Source: Myxococcales bacterium (GTDB taxonomy: Bacteria > Myxococcota_A > Polyangia > Polyangiales > DASUME01). From it: 64,000 nucleotides of DNA. Position 1 is the stretch's first letter; every line of letters begins with the position of its first letter. The notes beneath the pieces are model-generated. The model was not told the origin of the DNA. It worked only from the letters and a program-made list of their open reading frames with translations, and made no database searches. Location of the stretch: positions 3,392,001 to 3,456,000 of the forward strand of contig JASGJH010000001.1 in the NCBI GenBank assembly GCA_047601445.1, in the 5' to 3' direction. A program made the translations under genes and the position numbers. Shown here piece after piece: positions 37,221-46,981 of the stretch.

Positions 37221-38399
37221 ATGTCGTCTCGCCCGCTCGTGGGTCTCGCCGCCCTGTTCACCATCATGCTGGTGATCTCCGTCGTCCGGCTGTCGGCGCG
37301 CGTGGAGGAGCTCGAGTCCCAATATCACGGGCCCAATACGGCTGCGCAGACGCCCGCACCGTCGCAGCCGCAGCTGCCACGCCCGGCCCCGGCCGTGCCT
37401 CAGCCGGTGATCCCGCGCGGGGATCTCTCGGAGCTGGAGAAGTCCACCATCGGGTTGTTCTCCGCGCGCTCGGCCAACGTCGTGCACATCACCACGGTGC
37501 AGGTGCGCACCGATCCGTTCCGTCGCAACGCGCTCGAGGTTCCGCGCGGCACCGGTTCCGGCTTCATCTGGGACGTCGCGGGCCACGTGGTCACCAACTT
37601 CCACGTCATCCAGGGCGCCGACGGAGCGCGCGTCACACTTCACGACCGCAGCGTATGGCCCGCGAAGCCCGTGGGGGTCTCACCGCGCAACGACATCGCG
37701 GTGTTGCGCATCGAGACCTCGGGGGCCGCTCTCACTCCGATTCAGCTCGGCAGCTCCCATGACCTGTCCGTGGGCCAACAAGTGTTCGCCATCGGCAGCC
37801 CCTTCGGGCTCGATTACACGCTCTCCACCGGTATCATCAGCGGACTCGGCCGTGAGATCGAGGGCATCACCGGCATCCCCATCACCGGCGCCATCCAGAC
37901 CGACGCCGCCATCAATCCGGGTAACTCGGGTGGCCCCCTGCTCGACTCGAGCGGCCGCCTGATCGGCATGAACACCTCCATCCTGAGCCCTTCCGGCGCC
38001 TCCGCTGGCATCGGCTTCGCAGTGCCCGCCGACACCATCGGGCGCGTGGTGCCCCAGCTTATCCAGTACGGACGCGAGATTCGCCCCAGCATCGGCGTCG
38101 AGCTCGCGGAGGACGCCATCGTGCAACGCTTCGGCCTCCAAGGCGCGCTCGTGCTCAACGTGGTCCCGAACAGCCCCGCCGCGAAGGCAGGTCTCAAGCC
38201 CACCGTTCAAGACGCTTCGGGGCGCATCAGCCTGGGGGATCTGATCATCGCCGTCGACGGAGGGCCCGTGACCAAGAACGCGGACCTGTTCCTGGCCCTC
38301 GAGAAGCACAAGGAAGGCGAGCGCGCCAAGCTCAGCCTGCAGCGCGGCAACTCCATGGTCGAGGTGGAAGTCGAACTCGTGCTGAACGTGGGGAACTAG
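37221..38399 (+). CDS. HtrA/Deg-type serine protease with one PDZ domain
   Basis: GSGFIW, TNFHV, DIAVL and QTDAAINPGNSGGPL; C-terminal PDZ. Confidence 0.93.
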   Translation: MSSRPLVGLAALFTIMLVISVVRLSARVEELESQYHGPNTAAQTPAPSQPQLPRPAPAVPQPVIPRGDLSELEKSTIGLFSARSANVVHITTVQVRTDPFRRNALEVPRGTGSGFIWDVAGHVVTNFHVIQGADGARVTLHDRSVWPAKPVGVSPRNDIAVLRIETSGAALTPIQLGSSHDLSVGQQVFAIGSPFGLDYTLSTGIISGLGREIEGITGIPITGAIQTDAAINPGNSGGPLLDSSGRLIGMNTSILSPSGASAGIGFAVPADTIGRVVPQLIQYGREIRPSIGVELAEDAIVQRFGLQGALVLNVVPNSPAAKAGLKPTVQDASGRISLGDLIIAVDGGPVTKNADLFLALEKHKEGERAKLSLQRGNSMVEVEVELVLNVGN

Positions 38400-38445
38400 T
38401 TCGACGGAAGGTGACCGCGCAGCGGAGGGGACCCCAGCGCTGCTG

Positions 38446-40101
38446 TCAGACTCCGAAGCGCTGCGCGATGGGGTAGCGTCGGCCCGAGCCGAAAGCCTTG
38501 CGGGTCAGGATCAAGCCCGGCGCCATTTGCCTGCGCTTGTACTCGTTGAGGCGCACCAGACGCACGATACGCTTCACCGTGTCCGCGTCGTAGCCACGCG
38601 CGATGATCTCGTCGGCCGACTCGTGATCTTCCACGTGCAGCTCGAGGATGGCATCGAGTACGTCGTAGGGCGGCAGCGAGTCCTGATCTGTCTGGTTGGG
38701 GCGTAGCTCCGCACTGGGCGCCTTGGTCAAGGTGCTCTCGGGGATCACGCTGCGCCCCGCCTGGCGGTTGAATTCGCGCGACATCGCGTAGACGAAGGTC
38801 TTGGGGGCGTCGGCGATCACCGCGAGTGCGCCCGCCATGTCGCCGTACAGCGTGCAGTAGCCCACCGCCACTTCGCTCTTGTTGCCCGTGGTGAGCAGCA
38901 AAGAGCCGAGCCGGTTGGAGAGTGCCATCAAGACGTTGCCGCGGATGCGCGCCTGAATGTTTTCGTAGGTGACGTCGCCGGGCTTCGCTTCTCCGAGCGC
39001 GTCGAGGTGTGGCGGGAGCTCTGCGAGATAGCTCTGGAACAGGGCCTCGATGGAGATCTCTCGAAAGCGAATGCCGAGCTGGCTCGCGAGCTCGGCGGCA
39101 TCCTCGCGGCTGTGCTCCGACGAGTAGCGCGTGGGCAGCGCGACGCCGAGCACATGCTCCGGTCCCAGGGCACGCACGGCGATGGCTGCGGTGAGCGCGC
39201 TGTCGATGCCACCGGAAAGGCCGAGCAACACGCTCGAGAAACCGGTCTTGTGGACGTAGTCGCGGGTGCCCATGGCGAGCGCCTCGAGGGCCGCGGCTTC
39301 GTCACTCTCGGGCACCTCGGCGATGGGCCCTCCGCTCTCCACCGAAGCCACCAGGAAGTCTTCCTCGAAGGCCCGCGCGCGCGCGATGAGCCTGCCGCTC
39401 GGATGAAAGACCGCGGACTGCCCATCGAACAGCACGTCATCGTTGGCGCCCACCTGGTTGACGAACACCACCGGCAGCTGATGCGCGCGCGCCACCTCGC
39501 TCAGCATCTGGGCACGCCCCTCGCGCTTGTGCAGCGTGAACGGAGAGGCCGAGACGTTGATCAGCAGGTCGGCGCCCTCCGTGACCAGATCCGACACAGG
39601 ATTCACCGCGTAGCGCGGCACGCGCAGGGCGCTGCGGTCGGCCCAGATGTCCTCGCAGATGGGCACCCCCACGCGGGACTTCCCCAGCGTGAACAGCAGC
39701 GAGCGCTCGCCCTCCGCGAAGAAGCGCTGGTCATCGAATACGTCGTACGTGGGCAGCAGACGCTTGCGCCCCACCGCTTCGATGCACCCGCCGCGCACCA
39801 GCGCCACCGCGTTGAATAGGCCCGGTCGATCGCTGGCCGGTGCGCTCTCCACGAACCCCACCAGGCACGCGAGCTCGCGCGGCAGCCGGCCCACGAGCTC
39901 GTGCAGGCTGGCCGTCACGGCGCGCAGGAACGCCGGGCGATCCAGCAGGTCACGCGGCGGATAACCCACCAGGGCGAGCTCGGGAAACACCGCCAGGTCG
40001 GCGCCTTCCGCACGGGCACGCTCGGCTCCCTGCAGGATTTTCAGGCTGTTGCCCGCGAGGTCGCCCACGGTCGGGTTGATTTGACAGAGTGCCACACGCA
40101 T
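38446..40101 (-). CDS. nadE: Glutamine-dependent NAD+ synthetase
   Basis: CN-hydrolase domain (FPEL, K…YDVFD, ICEDIW) plus SGGIDS, NIQARIR, TGNKSE, GYCTLYGD and PSAELRPNQTD. Confidence 0.95.
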   Translation of the reverse strand: MRVALCQINPTVGDLAGNSLKILQGAERARAEGADLAVFPELALVGYPPRDLLDRPAFLRAVTASLHELVGRLPRELACLVGFVESAPASDRPGLFNAVALVRGGCIEAVGRKRLLPTYDVFDDQRFFAEGERSLLFTLGKSRVGVPICEDIWADRSALRVPRYAVNPVSDLVTEGADLLINVSASPFTLHKREGRAQMLSEVARAHQLPVVFVNQVGANDDVLFDGQSAVFHPSGRLIARARAFEEDFLVASVESGGPIAEVPESDEAAALEALAMGTRDYVHKTGFSSVLLGLSGGIDSALTAAIAVRALGPEHVLGVALPTRYSSEHSREDAAELASQLGIRFREISIEALFQSYLAELPPHLDALGEAKPGDVTYENIQARIRGNVLMALSNRLGSLLLTTGNKSEVAVGYCTLYGDMAGALAVIADAPKTFVYAMSREFNRQAGRSVIPESTLTKAPSAELRPNQTDQDSLPPYDVLDAILELHVEDHESADEIIARGYDADTVKRIVRLVRLNEYKRRQMAPGLILTRKAFGSGRRYPIAQRFGV

Positions 40102-40152
40102 TGCCCAGGCAGTGTGCGAGTGAACCGTGACTCCGACAAGCGAGCATGCTTC

Positions 40153-40331
40153 TGCACGGGGAGGTCACGCGACCTCCCCGCCCGTCGCGGTTGTTGCACG
40201 GGGAGGTCACGCGACCTCCCCGCCCGTCGCGGCTGTTGCACGGGGAGGTCACGCGACCTCCCCGCCCGTCGCGGCTGTTGCACGGGGAGGTCACGCGACC
40301 TCCCCGCCCGTCGCGGCAAAGCCGCGACGGG
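40153..40331. repeat. Tandem array A: 4 x 42-bp palindromic units plus a terminal hairpin
   Basis: Units start at 40153, 40195, 40237 and 40279; each has CGGGGAGGTC-ACGC-GACCTCCCCG; the array ends in CCCGTCGCGGC-AAA-GCCGCGACGGG. Confidence 0.95.
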
Positions 40332-40526
40332 ACCCACCCCACCGCGAGGTTCGCTTCGCTCACTGCGACGCGACCCACCCCACCGCGAGGTTCGCTTCGC
40401 TCACTGCGACGCGACCCACCCCACCGCGAGGTTCGCTTCGCTCACTGCGACGCGACCATCCCACCGCGAGGTTCGCTTCGCTCACTGCGACGCGATCCGC
40501 TCCACCGCGGGTTCGCTTCGTTCACG
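40331..40526. repeat. Tandem array B: 4 full + 1 partial ~41-bp units
   Basis: GACCCACCCCACCGCGAGGTTCGCTTCGCTCACTGCGACGC at 40331, 40372, 40413, 40454 (40 bp) and 40494 (degenerate). Confidence 0.95.
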
Positions 40527-40549
40527 AGGCGTCCTGTTTCGCGCGAACC

Positions 40550-42226
40550 TCACTGGGCGCGCGCTGCACCGTGCTTGGCGTCGCCCGGCGTGACCACGAC
40601 CAGCGCGTAGTCGGAGGGATTGAGGTTGGGCGGAACCGCGAACGAGCCGTGGAACTTTCCCTCGGCGTCCGAGACCACCACGCCCAGGAGCACCGCGTGG
40701 GTGCCCATCGGTTGAGCCAGGGACACCTCTACGCGCAGCCCGGGCACCGCACTGCCCGCCGGGGTCTGCGAGCTGCCCTCCACCTCGAACACGCTGCCGC
40801 GCATGACCTCGGGGATGAAGCGGCTCACGCGCAGCACGATGGGCTCGCGGTTGTCGGAGAGCGGTGTCTCGGAGCTCACGCTCTGGCCCTGAGCCAGCGT
40901 GGGCTTGAGCCGCATGTCCCCGGGGCGTCGCACCTCGTCGCCCTTCTCGAGCTGACCGGTGCCTGCCCCCGCCTGGGCCATCAGCTCTGCCGCGCGTGAG
41001 TAGCTCTCTTCGTAGGCCAGCGGGCGCGGCCACGGGTCCGAGACGGCAGGACGATAGTGCTCGCGGTCACGCACCGAGCGTGGATCGAGCCCCGCCGCGG
41101 CGCCGCCCAGGTCGAGCCGCAGCCAGCCGACTTCGGGCAGCTTCAGCTCCGCCCAGGCGTGGGCCTCGTTCTGCACGAAGCGACACGGAATGCCGAGCGC
41201 CTGGGCCGTGATCACGAAGGCATAGGTGCGGTGGCGGCAGACTCCGCGCTTGTTGCGCGCGAGATCCAGGTAAATGTTGCCGGTATCGCGCGGCGGTTCC
41301 CGGGACTCCTCGAAGGCCCGAAAGTGCTCGACCAGGGTCTTGAGCACGGCGTTGGCCGGCATGTCCGGTCGCAGCTTCAGCTCACGCAGGACGCGCCCTG
41401 CGTCGCCGCGCACGCTCTCCGGAAGGGGCGGGACTTCGCGCGCGAGGCTGTCGGCGCGACTGTCGGGCAACGCAGCCCCGAAATAGCTGCGAGGTGCGTC
41501 GAGCACGTAGGTGACGCGTACCTGGCTGGCGGGCGTGCCCTGGGCGATGATCACGAAGTTGTCGGCGGCGTCGCGCTCCACGCGCAGCGAGGTCAGTGGC
41601 TCGCTCGAGAGGGTGAGGATGCGCGACTCGGGCGAGACCGTGGGTAGGGGCAGCACGTTGCCCTCGGTGAAGTCGAGCACCACGCTGCCCCAGAAGCGAT
41701 CACGCTCCCGGGAGTCGGGCGGTTCCGCGCCGAGGCCCTCGATGCGCACCGGCACGCGCGAGGCATCGCTCACGAGCAACACCGGCGTGGTGCCGTCGAG
41801 AGCCACCGAGTCGAGCGCCGTCACGCGCTTGAAGGGCGTGATGGCGGGGGTGAACACCTCGTAGTAGCCCAGGGTGCCCTCGAGCTCCGTGATGCGATCG
41901 GGCCGAAACCCCACCGAACGTCGACCGGGCTGCTCCGCGCCCATCCCGTCGCCCGAGCCCGCCAGCATCGGCTTCTCTTCCCCTTCGCGCAGGGGACCTC
42001 CGGCCGGCGGCAGCACGGACTTGCCGCCCGAGGTCACGGCGTCGTCGAGGCCCGCCCCAAAGGCATCGAGCTCACGTGGGTCATAGCGAGGGATGTAGGT
42101 GTGCGGCGCCGCGGAATCACAGGCCCCCACCAACAAGAACGCCACAAAAACCAGCCGACCGCGGAAAAGCTCGGCGCAAGCAAGCCAGCCACGGGCGGGT
42201 GACCGTGGATGTTCATCGCGACTCAC
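40550..42226 (-). CDS. Transglutaminase-like domain protein, probable lipoprotein, with C-terminal Ig-like region
   Basis: Cys-His-Asp triad GVCRH / AHAWAE / RLDLG; LLVGAC lipobox-like; start uncertain. Confidence 0.75.
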   Translation of the reverse strand: MSRDEHPRSPARGWLACAELFRGRLVFVAFLLVGACDSAAPHTYIPRYDPRELDAFGAGLDDAVTSGGKSVLPPAGGPLREGEEKPMLAGSGDGMGAEQPGRRSVGFRPDRITELEGTLGYYEVFTPAITPFKRVTALDSVALDGTTPVLLVSDASRVPVRIEGLGAEPPDSRERDRFWGSVVLDFTEGNVLPLPTVSPESRILTLSSEPLTSLRVERDAADNFVIIAQGTPASQVRVTYVLDAPRSYFGAALPDSRADSLAREVPPLPESVRGDAGRVLRELKLRPDMPANAVLKTLVEHFRAFEESREPPRDTGNIYLDLARNKRGVCRHRTYAFVITAQALGIPCRFVQNEAHAWAELKLPEVGWLRLDLGGAAAGLDPRSVRDREHYRPAVSDPWPRPLAYEESYSRAAELMAQAGAGTGQLEKGDEVRRPGDMRLKPTLAQGQSVSSETPLSDNREPIVLRVSRFIPEVMRGSVFEVEGSSQTPAGSAVPGLRVEVSLAQPMGTHAVLLGVVVSDAEGKFHGSFAVPPNLNPSDYALVVVTPGDAKHGAARAQ

Positions 42227-42298
42227 CCACCGCGCACCTGCGTCGCTCGGGGTTCGGCTGTATGCTGGTCGAGGGGACCAAACCGGGTCCATCAAGGC

Positions 42299-43327
42299 AT
42301 GAGCATACTACTCGCGGTCCTCGGTATTTCAGTTCTCGTGATCGTGCACGAAGCCGGTCACTACCTCGCGGCCCGCGCCTTCGGCATGCGGGTCCTGCGT
42401 TTCAGCGTGGGCTTCGGCCCCACCATCGCGAAGTTCCAGCCCCAGGGGAGCAGCACGGTGTTCCAAATCGGCCTGGTGCCGTTTTTGGCGTACGTGCAGA
42501 TCGCCGGCATGAACCCGGCCGAAGAGAACGACCCGAACGACCCCGAGCTCTACTCGAACAAGGGCGTCCTCGCGCGTTTCCTGACCATCTTCGCCGGTCC
42601 CTTCGCCAACTACCTGATCGCGTCGGCCCTGGTGTTCAGCCTCGCCTTGATGGGTCACCACGGCGAGAATCCCCCGCACGAGCCCATGGTGGTGGACAGC
42701 GTCCAGCCGGGGTCCCCCGCCGAGAAGGCCGGCGTGCGCACCGGTGACATCATCGTGCAGGCGGACCAAAAGCCGGTGAAACACGTGGGCGACCTGATCG
42801 AGATCACCGCCCCCCGCGCGAAGAAGCCCACCCTCTACCTGGTGGAGCGCGGCGGCAAGCAGCTGGCTCCCCTCACCATCGTCCCGATGGACGATCACGG
42901 GCGCGGCATCATCGGCATCATCCCGAAGGTCCGCAACGACCCGATGCCGGTGGGCAAGGCGCTGGCTTACTCGGTGCTCTACCCGTTCGAGCTCACGCTC
43001 CACCAGCTCGAGGGCTTCGCCCACATGTTCAAGCAGGGCAGTACCGAGGGGGTCGTCGGTCCGGTCGGCATGGTGAAGATCGTGGCCACCCGCACGGGGA
43101 ACTTCGTGCAGCTGGCCAACATCCTGATCCTCATCAGCGTGGCGCTCGGCATGTTCAACCTGATGCCGCTGCCTGCCCTCGACGGTGGCCGCCTGGTCTT
43201 CCTCGGTTACGAGATCATCACGCGCAAGCGCGCCAACGAGCGCGTCGAGAACCTCGTGCATACGGTGGGTCTGGTGCTCTTGCTGTGTCTGATCGCCCTG
43301 GTCACCTTGCGCGACGTGGCCGGCTGA
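42299..43327 (+). CDS. rseP: Site-2 intramembrane metalloprotease with PDZ (RseP family)
   Basis: HEAGH, FSVGFGP, AGPFAN, PDZ, and NLMPLPALDGG. Confidence 0.9.
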   Translation: MSILLAVLGISVLVIVHEAGHYLAARAFGMRVLRFSVGFGPTIAKFQPQGSSTVFQIGLVPFLAYVQIAGMNPAEENDPNDPELYSNKGVLARFLTIFAGPFANYLIASALVFSLALMGHHGENPPHEPMVVDSVQPGSPAEKAGVRTGDIIVQADQKPVKHVGDLIEITAPRAKKPTLYLVERGGKQLAPLTIVPMDDHGRGIIGIIPKVRNDPMPVGKALAYSVLYPFELTLHQLEGFAHMFKQGSTEGVVGPVGMVKIVATRTGNFVQLANILILISVALGMFNLMPLPALDGGRLVFLGYEIITRKRANERVENLVHTVGLVLLLCLIALVTLRDVAG

Positions 43328-43620
43328 CGGGTCGTCCCAAGCACCTTCTCCGACCCGCCACCGGCACTTCTCCGGCCCTCCCCGGCAATGCTCAGATCGC
43401 CTCGACAGGGGACCTCGGGTGCGCTGGCGTCTGCTGCCCCCCGACCGGAACTACGTTCGCGAGCCTACGCTGGGTAAACAGCGCTCCAAGACGCATTGGC
43501 CGCCGACGCGTAAGAGGGTTTTCCCGCTGGCTATGGGAAGCCGCTGTCCATACACTCGCGTCCGAGGTTTGGCTCGCGCACCGACCGCCGGACGGCGACC
43601 TTACCTGAGGAGGGCTCCGT

Positions 43621-44565
43621 ATGGTGCGCAGTTGGTGTTTCCTGATGGCCGCGGCATGTCTAGCTGGCTCGCTCACGGCCGGTGTCGCCCGCGCCCAGGA
43701 CAAGGGCGACGGGTTCTCCCTGGACGACCCGGACCAGCAGCCGGCTGCCAAGAAAGCCCCCGCCCCGGAAGAGGTTCCGCTGCCTCCCGAGGAAGAAGAG
43801 AGCGGCCTGCTGAGCGACGAGCAAGCGTTGCAGGAAGAGCGAGCGCCCAAGGAGGAGTTCCGCGAGTCCACGGACCCCTACGAGGATCCCAGCAAGGCCT
43901 ACTACTTCGTGGGCGTGGGTTGGCGCTACATCCGAATGTCCGACTATTTCTTGAACCCCTTCCTGGATGCGGCCCCCTCGGTGGGCACGGCGGGCAGCTT
44001 TTTCGGCGAGTTCGCCTACCGCAAGGACGGCTTCTCGGTCGGCGCGAACGTCGGTTGGGTCAAGTGGAACTTCCACGGTCCCTTCCAGATCGCCGGTGAC
44101 CCCACCACGGACACGGAGTGGCTCGACACCAACTGGAACCTGCTCATGCTCACCTCGACCATCACCTGGTCCACGCAGTTCACCGAGTGGATGTCACTCG
44201 AGTACGGTCTCGAGGCCGGTGTGGCCTTCATCTTCGGCAACATGATCCGCACCGAGGCCTATCCGGGAGCCAACGGGAACTACGCCAAGTGCGATGGCCC
44301 CGGCTTGAACGACCCCACCTACTGCGCGCTCCCCATCAACGGCGCCGTCCGGACCAACGCCGCCAATGAAGACGGCGAGCACTACGGCGTGAAGGCCGAG
44401 CGCGGTATCGCCAACGGCGGCGTGCCCTACGCGGTGCCGGTACTGGGGCCCAAGCTCTCGCTGCGCTTCAAGCCTATCCACCAGATCGCCCTGCGCATCG
44501 ACGTGCCGCTACCCGCCCTGCCGGTCGGCTGGATGGGCGGACTTTCCGCGCAGTACGGCTTCTGA
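43621..44565 (+). CDS. Hypothetical outer-membrane beta-barrel protein
   Basis: Signal peptide (VARAQ), alternating beta-strand pattern, C-terminal …SAQYGF; GAGGAGG RBS. Confidence 0.6.
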   Translation: MVRSWCFLMAAACLAGSLTAGVARAQDKGDGFSLDDPDQQPAAKKAPAPEEVPLPPEEEESGLLSDEQALQEERAPKEEFRESTDPYEDPSKAYYFVGVGWRYIRMSDYFLNPFLDAAPSVGTAGSFFGEFAYRKDGFSVGANVGWVKWNFHGPFQIAGDPTTDTEWLDTNWNLLMLTSTITWSTQFTEWMSLEYGLEAGVAFIFGNMIRTEAYPGANGNYAKCDGPGLNDPTYCALPINGAVRTNAANEDGEHYGVKAERGIANGGVPYAVPVLGPKLSLRFKPIHQIALRIDVPLPALPVGWMGGLSAQYGF

Positions 44566-44775
44566 CCCGCCAGCGGGTGCTCCTCGCCCGCTCGTTCATG
44601 TTCTTTCCTTCCAGCGCGCGCCCGCCGCTCTCCCCGAGCGCACCAGGCACGTGCTCCAGCTCCCCGAGTGAGCCGGGCGCAGGCTCGGCGCCCCCTCGAG
44701 GGCGCGAGAATTGCCGAGAATTGGGTAGAGGACAGGGGCTTGCCGCCGAAACGCTCCTATGGGAAAACGGCGGGC

Positions 44776-45831
44776 ATGTCGCGTTTGTCTCGGGTCCTTT
44801 GTGCGCTTCTCTTGGCCGTCGCTGCGGCCGGCTCGCTTCACTCCTCCGCCAGTTCGCAGGCTCTCCCCCCAGCCGCGCAGCCCGCGGTCGAGCGCACACC
44901 CGAGGACATCGCGCGGCGCAAGCAGGCCATCGTGAAGGCCGATGGTGAAGAGGTCACGGTGGGTGAGCTCGAGGACTTCCTCAACTCCCAACCTCCCATG
45001 ATGCGCGAGCGCTATCGCAACCCCGACGAGCAGAAGAAGCTCATCGAGAGCATGTTGCGCGTGGACTTGTTGGCGACCGAGGCGGCGCGCAAGGGCTACG
45101 ACAAGAACCCCACCGTGGTGCGCACGGTGAAAGACAGCTCGGTGCAGGCGCTGCTACGCGCCGAGATCGACGCCAAGTACTCGCCGCAAACCGTGTCGGC
45201 GGAGGCCGTGAAGGCCTATTACGACGAGCACTCGGCGGAGTTCCATCGGCCCGCCATGCGGCGTGCGAGCATGATCGTGCTGGGCACCGAGGCCGAAGCC
45301 AAGCAGCTCTTGGCGGAAGCCCAGAAGGCCGACGTGCGCAAGTTTGCGGAGCTCGCCAAGCAGCACAGCACCGACAACGAGAGCAAGCTACGGGCGGGCG
45401 ACCTGGGTTACTTCGGCAAGGACGAGGGCGTGGGAGCCAACGAGCATGTGCCGAAGGCCGTGCGCGCCGCGACCTTCACGCTGAAGACCACGGGCGACGT
45501 TTCGCCCAAGCCGGTGCAGCTGGACGCGGGTGGCTTCGCCATCGTGCGGCTCACGGGCGAGCGACCCGAGCGCAATACCGAGCTCTCGGAGGCCGACCTC
45601 ACCATCCGCACCAAGCTGTGGCGTGAACAGCGGCAGCAGGCCCTCACGTCCTTGGTCGACGGGCTGCGAACCAAGGAAAAGCCCCAGGTGTTTGCCGAGC
45701 GCGCCGACTGGATCAAGTTCGACGATATGGACAAGCGCCCCGCCGGCTTCTCGCCAGATCGCCCCGGCCCGGCGGCACCAGGTGCCGGCCACCCGGTCGA
45801 TCCGCACGCTGCCCCCGGAGCTGCGCCCTGA
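44776..45831 (+). CDS. Exported parvulin-type peptidyl-prolyl isomerase (PpiC/PrsA-like)
   Basis: Signal peptide; FAELAKQHSTD…AGDLGYF…GDVS…GFAIV. Confidence 0.85.
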   Translation: MSRLSRVLCALLLAVAAAGSLHSSASSQALPPAAQPAVERTPEDIARRKQAIVKADGEEVTVGELEDFLNSQPPMMRERYRNPDEQKKLIESMLRVDLLATEAARKGYDKNPTVVRTVKDSSVQALLRAEIDAKYSPQTVSAEAVKAYYDEHSAEFHRPAMRRASMIVLGTEAEAKQLLAEAQKADVRKFAELAKQHSTDNESKLRAGDLGYFGKDEGVGANEHVPKAVRAATFTLKTTGDVSPKPVQLDAGGFAIVRLTGERPERNTELSEADLTIRTKLWREQRQQALTSLVDGLRTKEKPQVFAERADWIKFDDMDKRPAGFSPDRPGPAAPGAGHPVDPHAAPGAAP

Positions 45832-45836
45832 GCGAG

Positions 45837-46886
45837 GTGAGCACTCAGGAGCGGGCTCTCCTGCGTGAGCTCGTGGCCGCTTATCAGCGGATCAACGAGA
45901 GCTTGTTCAAGTCTGCCCTGCGCTCTCCCCAGTTCGCGCTGAGCGACGCCGACTCGTTTCTGGGACGCTGGTTCCCGAGTTCGCGCACGCTCGAGCTATC
46001 GCGTAAGTTCGTCCTGAGCCACGACTGGACCGTGGTACTCGAGGTACTCAAGCACGAGATGGCGCACCAGTTCGTGCACGAGGTGTTGCGGGAGCACGAG
46101 ACGCCCCACGGCCCGGCCTTTCGCGATGTGTGCGCGCGCCTCGGCATCGACGAGCGCTCGGGCGGGGTGCCGCAGGCGGCTCAATCGACCGAGCAGAAAC
46201 GCCTGCTCGAGCGCGTGCACAAGTTGCTCGCTCTCGCCCAGAGCGACAATCAACACGAGGCCGAAGCAGCAGCCGCAGCGGCGCAGCGCCTGATGCTGCG
46301 CCACAACCTGGACCTTGCCGAGAGCAGCACCCCCACGCAGTACTCGTTTCGCCAGCTCGGACGCGTGACCGGCCGGGTCAGCGAGTGGGAGCGTCGGCTC
46401 GGCAACGTGCTGCGGGATCACTTCTTCGTGGAGATCATCTGGGTGCCGGCCTATGTGCCCGAGCAAGCCAAGCGCGGCAGCGTGATGGAAGCCATCGGCA
46501 GCCCAGAAAACCTCGAGCTAGCTGCCTATGTGTACGACTTTCTGAAGCACACCGCGGAGCGTCTCTGGCTTGCCCACCAACGCGACAACGAGATCGCGAA
46601 CAATCGTGATCGGCAGCCCTACTATGCCGGCGTCATGAGCGGGTTCGCGCAGAAGCTGGCGCAGGAGGCCAAGCGGCATCGGGCCGAAGGGCTCATCTGG
46701 GTGCCTCAAACCAAGCTCGGTGAGTACACACGCAAGCGGCACCCCTACCTGCGCACGATCCATCATCAGGGGCACCGGCGCCGCGACGCCTTCGCCGAAG
46801 GTCAGCGGGCGGGACGCGACGTGGTGCTCCACCGGGGCATCACGGGCCAGAACAGCCGCGGCGAACGTCGTCTCTTGCGCGGCTGA
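45837..46886 (+). CDS. SprT-like metalloprotease + DUF2786 domain protein
   Basis: VLKHEMAHQ…PHGPAF (SprT); RVHKLLALAQSDNQHEAEAA (DUF2786). Confidence 0.8.
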   Translation: MSTQERALLRELVAAYQRINESLFKSALRSPQFALSDADSFLGRWFPSSRTLELSRKFVLSHDWTVVLEVLKHEMAHQFVHEVLREHETPHGPAFRDVCARLGIDERSGGVPQAAQSTEQKRLLERVHKLLALAQSDNQHEAEAAAAAAQRLMLRHNLDLAESSTPTQYSFRQLGRVTGRVSEWERRLGNVLRDHFFVEIIWVPAYVPEQAKRGSVMEAIGSPENLELAAYVYDFLKHTAERLWLAHQRDNEIANNRDRQPYYAGVMSGFAQKLAQEAKRHRAEGLIWVPQTKLGEYTRKRHPYLRTIHHQGHRRRDAFAEGQRAGRDVVLHRGITGQNSRGERRLLRG

Positions 46887-46981
46887 CGTCTGCGCGGGGA
46901 CATCGCTGCGCGAACAGATGAGAGCGGCAGATGAGAGCGGGCACCGGCACGGACGGCGCCTTGCTGCGGCACTTGGTCAGC

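Noticed and set aside
40153..40526. CRISPR array
   Set aside because: The units are head-to-tail with no unique spacers, and there are no cas genes in the window
39901..40999. ORFs with repetitive peptides (GRSRDLPARR, GSLRSLRRD) across the repeat arrays
   Set aside because: These are translations of stop-free GC-rich DNA repeats in several frames and overlap nadE or the transglutaminase gene
3285..46886. DNA-repair island (tatD, SRAP, rarA, topB-recQ, SprT-like)
   Set aside because: The genes are scattered over more than 40 kb among unrelated genes, with no shared operon or repeated operator seen
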